This document shows, one piece after another, positions 61,533 to 64,000 of a DNA stretch of 64,000 bases. The stretch is taken from positions 15,500,001 through 15,564,000 of the forward strand of contig NC_083235.1 of assembly GCF_032191835.1 (NCBI RefSeq). Direction: 5' to 3'. Position 1 is the stretch's first letter, and every line of letters starts with the position of its first letter. Under the pieces are notes generated by a model, which was given only the letters and a program-made list of their open reading frames with translations, was not told the origin of the DNA and made no database searches. The stretch comes from Heteronotia binoei. Its lineage: Eukaryota. Position numbers and translations under genes: made by a program.

Positions 61533-61862
61533 TTCCCTTTGCTGGTTTCCTTAAGACATCTTGCTGCAAACATATTCTAAGTCCTTGAGGGGGTGTCTCT
61601 GAGCTAGTCCCTAGAGAATCTCTCAAGAGAAAACCAAAGTTCATCCCTGTGTTCTGGGTATTGCAGCCCTTAAGGACTTGGAGACATGAAGAAAAGCTGG
61701 TGGTGCCTTTGTGCCTTTCGTATAGAATGTGTCACATCTGTGCAGCTGAACAATCTCCCTGCATTCTTCCTATTGGCAACATCGACAACACCTGCACAGT
61801 TTCTGTTCTTCCATCCTCAGACTGAAAGCATATTTTGGGCTGTATACACCAGCTGGGTAAGT
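61533..61862 (+). promoter_or_regulatory. Diverged third copy of the C-type promoter and first exon
   Basis: AGAGAATCTCTCAAGAG and CCTTGAGG retained; donor G|GTAAGT at 61857. Confidence 0.45.
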
Positions 61863-61895
61863 AGGAACACTTCAAGCAATGTAAGGAGTCTACCT

Positions 61896-62433
61896 CCCTG
61901 ACCTGGATGTCCCAGGCTAACCCAATCTCATCAGATTTCAGAAGCTAAGCAGGGTTGACCTTGGTTAGTACTTGGATGGGAGACCACCAAGGAAAACCAG
62001 GGTCACTATGTAGAGGCAGACAAACCACCTCTGTTTGTCTCTGCCCTACCTTGGATGGCTCAGACTAGCTTGAACTTGTCAGTTTTCCAAAGCTAAGCAG
62101 GGCTGGCTCTGTTTGGACCGGGATGGGAGACCACCAAATAAGTCCAAGGTTCCTATGCAGAGACAGGCCATGGCAAACTACCTCTCTCTACCCTGTCCTG
62201 GATAGCAAAGGCTAGCCTGATCTCGTCAGGTCTTGGAAGGTGAGCTGGGTCGACTGTGGCTGATACATGGATGGAAGACCACCAAGGAAGTCCAGGGTTC
62301 CTATGCAGAGGCAGGCAATAGCAAACCACCTCTGTTCATCTCTTGCCTTGAAAAGTCTATGGGTTTGCTGAAAGCCGGCTGTGACTTGATGGCACTTTGC
62401 ACCACCATCACCACCTCCACCTCCATCTCCACC
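61896..62433 (+). mobile_element. Three head-to-tail 5S rRNA-derived SINE units
   Basis: First head GAAGCTAAGCAGGGTTGACCTTGGTTAGTACTTGGATGGGAGACC matches the 5S box A to box C region; only the last unit has the 3' tail and a (CAC)n end. Confidence 0.75.
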
Positions 62434-62446
62434 AAAGGGTTCTACC

Positions 62447-62618
62447 CAGGGGTAGAATTCTAGCAGGAGCTCCGTTGCATATTAGGTCACACACCCCTGA
62501 TGTAGCCAATCCTCCAAGAGCTTACAAAAAAGAACCTTGTAAGCTCTTGGAGGATTGGCTACATCAGGGGGTGTGTGGTCTAGTATGCAAAGGAGCTCCT
62601 GCTAGAATTCCACCCCTG
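62447..62618. mobile_element. Palindromic hAT MITE (GAATTC-TIR family)
   Basis: Perfect TSD GTTCTACC; sister copy at 56322-56494 (TSD CCGAGCTG/CTGAGCTG). Confidence 0.85.
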
Positions 62619-64000
62619 GTTCTACCATCAAATGAGCCTACTGAGGTCTCCTTTCCTTTGTCCGAATGCTACTTAATGTGCTCTTTACAAAGGACAACCT
62701 TTTAAAACTGTCTGATGACAAGACAAAATTTGCAACCACATTGGTGACTTTGTGGGTTCTTTGTGTTGATTAAGGAGACTGGAGAGAGTTACGGCAAAGG
62801 AGTTCTTTAGCTCTAGGTGAGCTAAGGGTAACATCTGGAGATGCTATAGTGCAGGGGTGGCCAAACTTGCTTAATGTAAGAGCCTCGCAGAATAAATATC
62901 AGATGTTTGAGAGCCACAAGACATGAACATTAGATGTTTGAGAGCTGCAAGGAAGGAAAATAGGATATAAATTTGGGGGGAGAGAGTGGTGGAAAAAAGC
63001 AACTTTACTTTAAATGCATTCTCCATCTGGCTTGGCTTGGAGAAGTGATTTAAAGAGACAAATGCCTTCTCCAAGTCAACCAATGGGGCAGTTAAAACAG
63101 AGGATACCAGTTTATTTTCTTGGTGGTCTGTTATAGCCCTCCCTCATTGCCTTTCTATATTTCTAGGCAGGGAAACCAAGGACATTGTCGGACACTAGAG
63201 CAGGACAGGAGAATCGTATTTCTTTGCATCAGAACTCATTGGTATAGTTGGTTAATATAGAAGAGTTTTGCCCAGTCCCAGAAGTGTAATACTGAGTGCA
63301 GTAAATAAATCTCCCAAGAGGTATATTTCAGAAAGGTACGTTTATTCAAGTAGATCCAGTTCACATCCAGCTTGTAAAGAAAGGAAGAGAAAGAATCCTA
63401 AGTTAAGAGTACTTTCTTTATCACAAACGGCCAGCTTGTCTGGCATCATGTGTGTGGGAGTATGAGGGTGCTGTCTCTACAAGAGAGACCTGCAGAGATG
63501 TGAGTCTCCAACGGAAGGCCATGTGAAGGCAGAGTGAGAGGACAAAGGGAGACAGAGGAGGGGGGGGGGAATCAGAGGGCAGCTCCCAGGTTAAGTCAAA
63601 GATAGGCATTCCATTCAAGGAGATAACACCTATATACACTTACATACTAGAATCCCTCCCCAATGTCCAGGCTTGCTCAGTTGCTCACTCCTTTGTCTAG
63701 AAAATGTGCACGCCACCTCTCTCAAGACCTGCTATGAGAACTTCACAACTAAAATAAAATTACACAGCCATCAAAACTAACTTTTTTAAACATCAGAAAA
63801 ACTATCACTCCTTATATAACCACCATCTTTCCCCTTCTGCCAGACGACACAGGGTAGTGGTATCGTTTGTGCGGCACGTTGGAAGAAATGTGCAAAGTTT
63901 CAGAGGGTAGCCTTGTTGGTTGGCAACAGAGAAGCTAAATTTGTGCCCAGTAGAACCTAAGAGACCAACAAGATTTTTGGGGCATGAGTTTTCAAGGGTC

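Noticed and set aside
61930-61995. 5S rRNA gene
   Set aside because: Only a partial, diverged 5S match fused to a SINE body and tail.
63129-63644. Possible additional solo LTR (several TG...CA pairings, AATAAA on both strands)
   Set aside because: No pairing of ends gave a matching TSD; left uncalled.

Overview
A transposon-dense vertebrate olfactory receptor (OR) cluster. The SINE families (Sauria-type, Squam3-like, 5S-derived) point to a squamate, probably a gecko; this is an inference from recalled repeat sequences. Seven single-coding-exon class II ORs lie on the + strand and belong to three subfamilies, named A, B and C here: A1 (745), B1 (13766), C1 (21909), A2 pseudogene (25008), B2 (29351), B3 (42022), C2 (52848). 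The window is a tandem segmental duplication of an A-B-C cassette (unit I ~387-23321, unit II ~24657-54253, about 3-4% diverged by eye). An extra ~6 kb B block (27244-33313) sits inside unit II between identical 42-bp direct repeats. Comparing the two units exposes individual events: an L1 insertion with a 5' inversion and a probable 3' transduction (17-bp TSD), a solo LTR behind B2, microhomology deletions (one starting inside a hairpin arm), and a possible MITE excision footprint. A Penelope-type fold-back carries hammerhead-like motifs. A candidate C-family promoter and first exon (O/E motif cluster plus splice donor) occurs three times, and its third copy predicts another OR beyond the right edge. 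No prokaryote-type system such as CRISPR is present. All alignments, counts and family assignments were done by eye without database searches.
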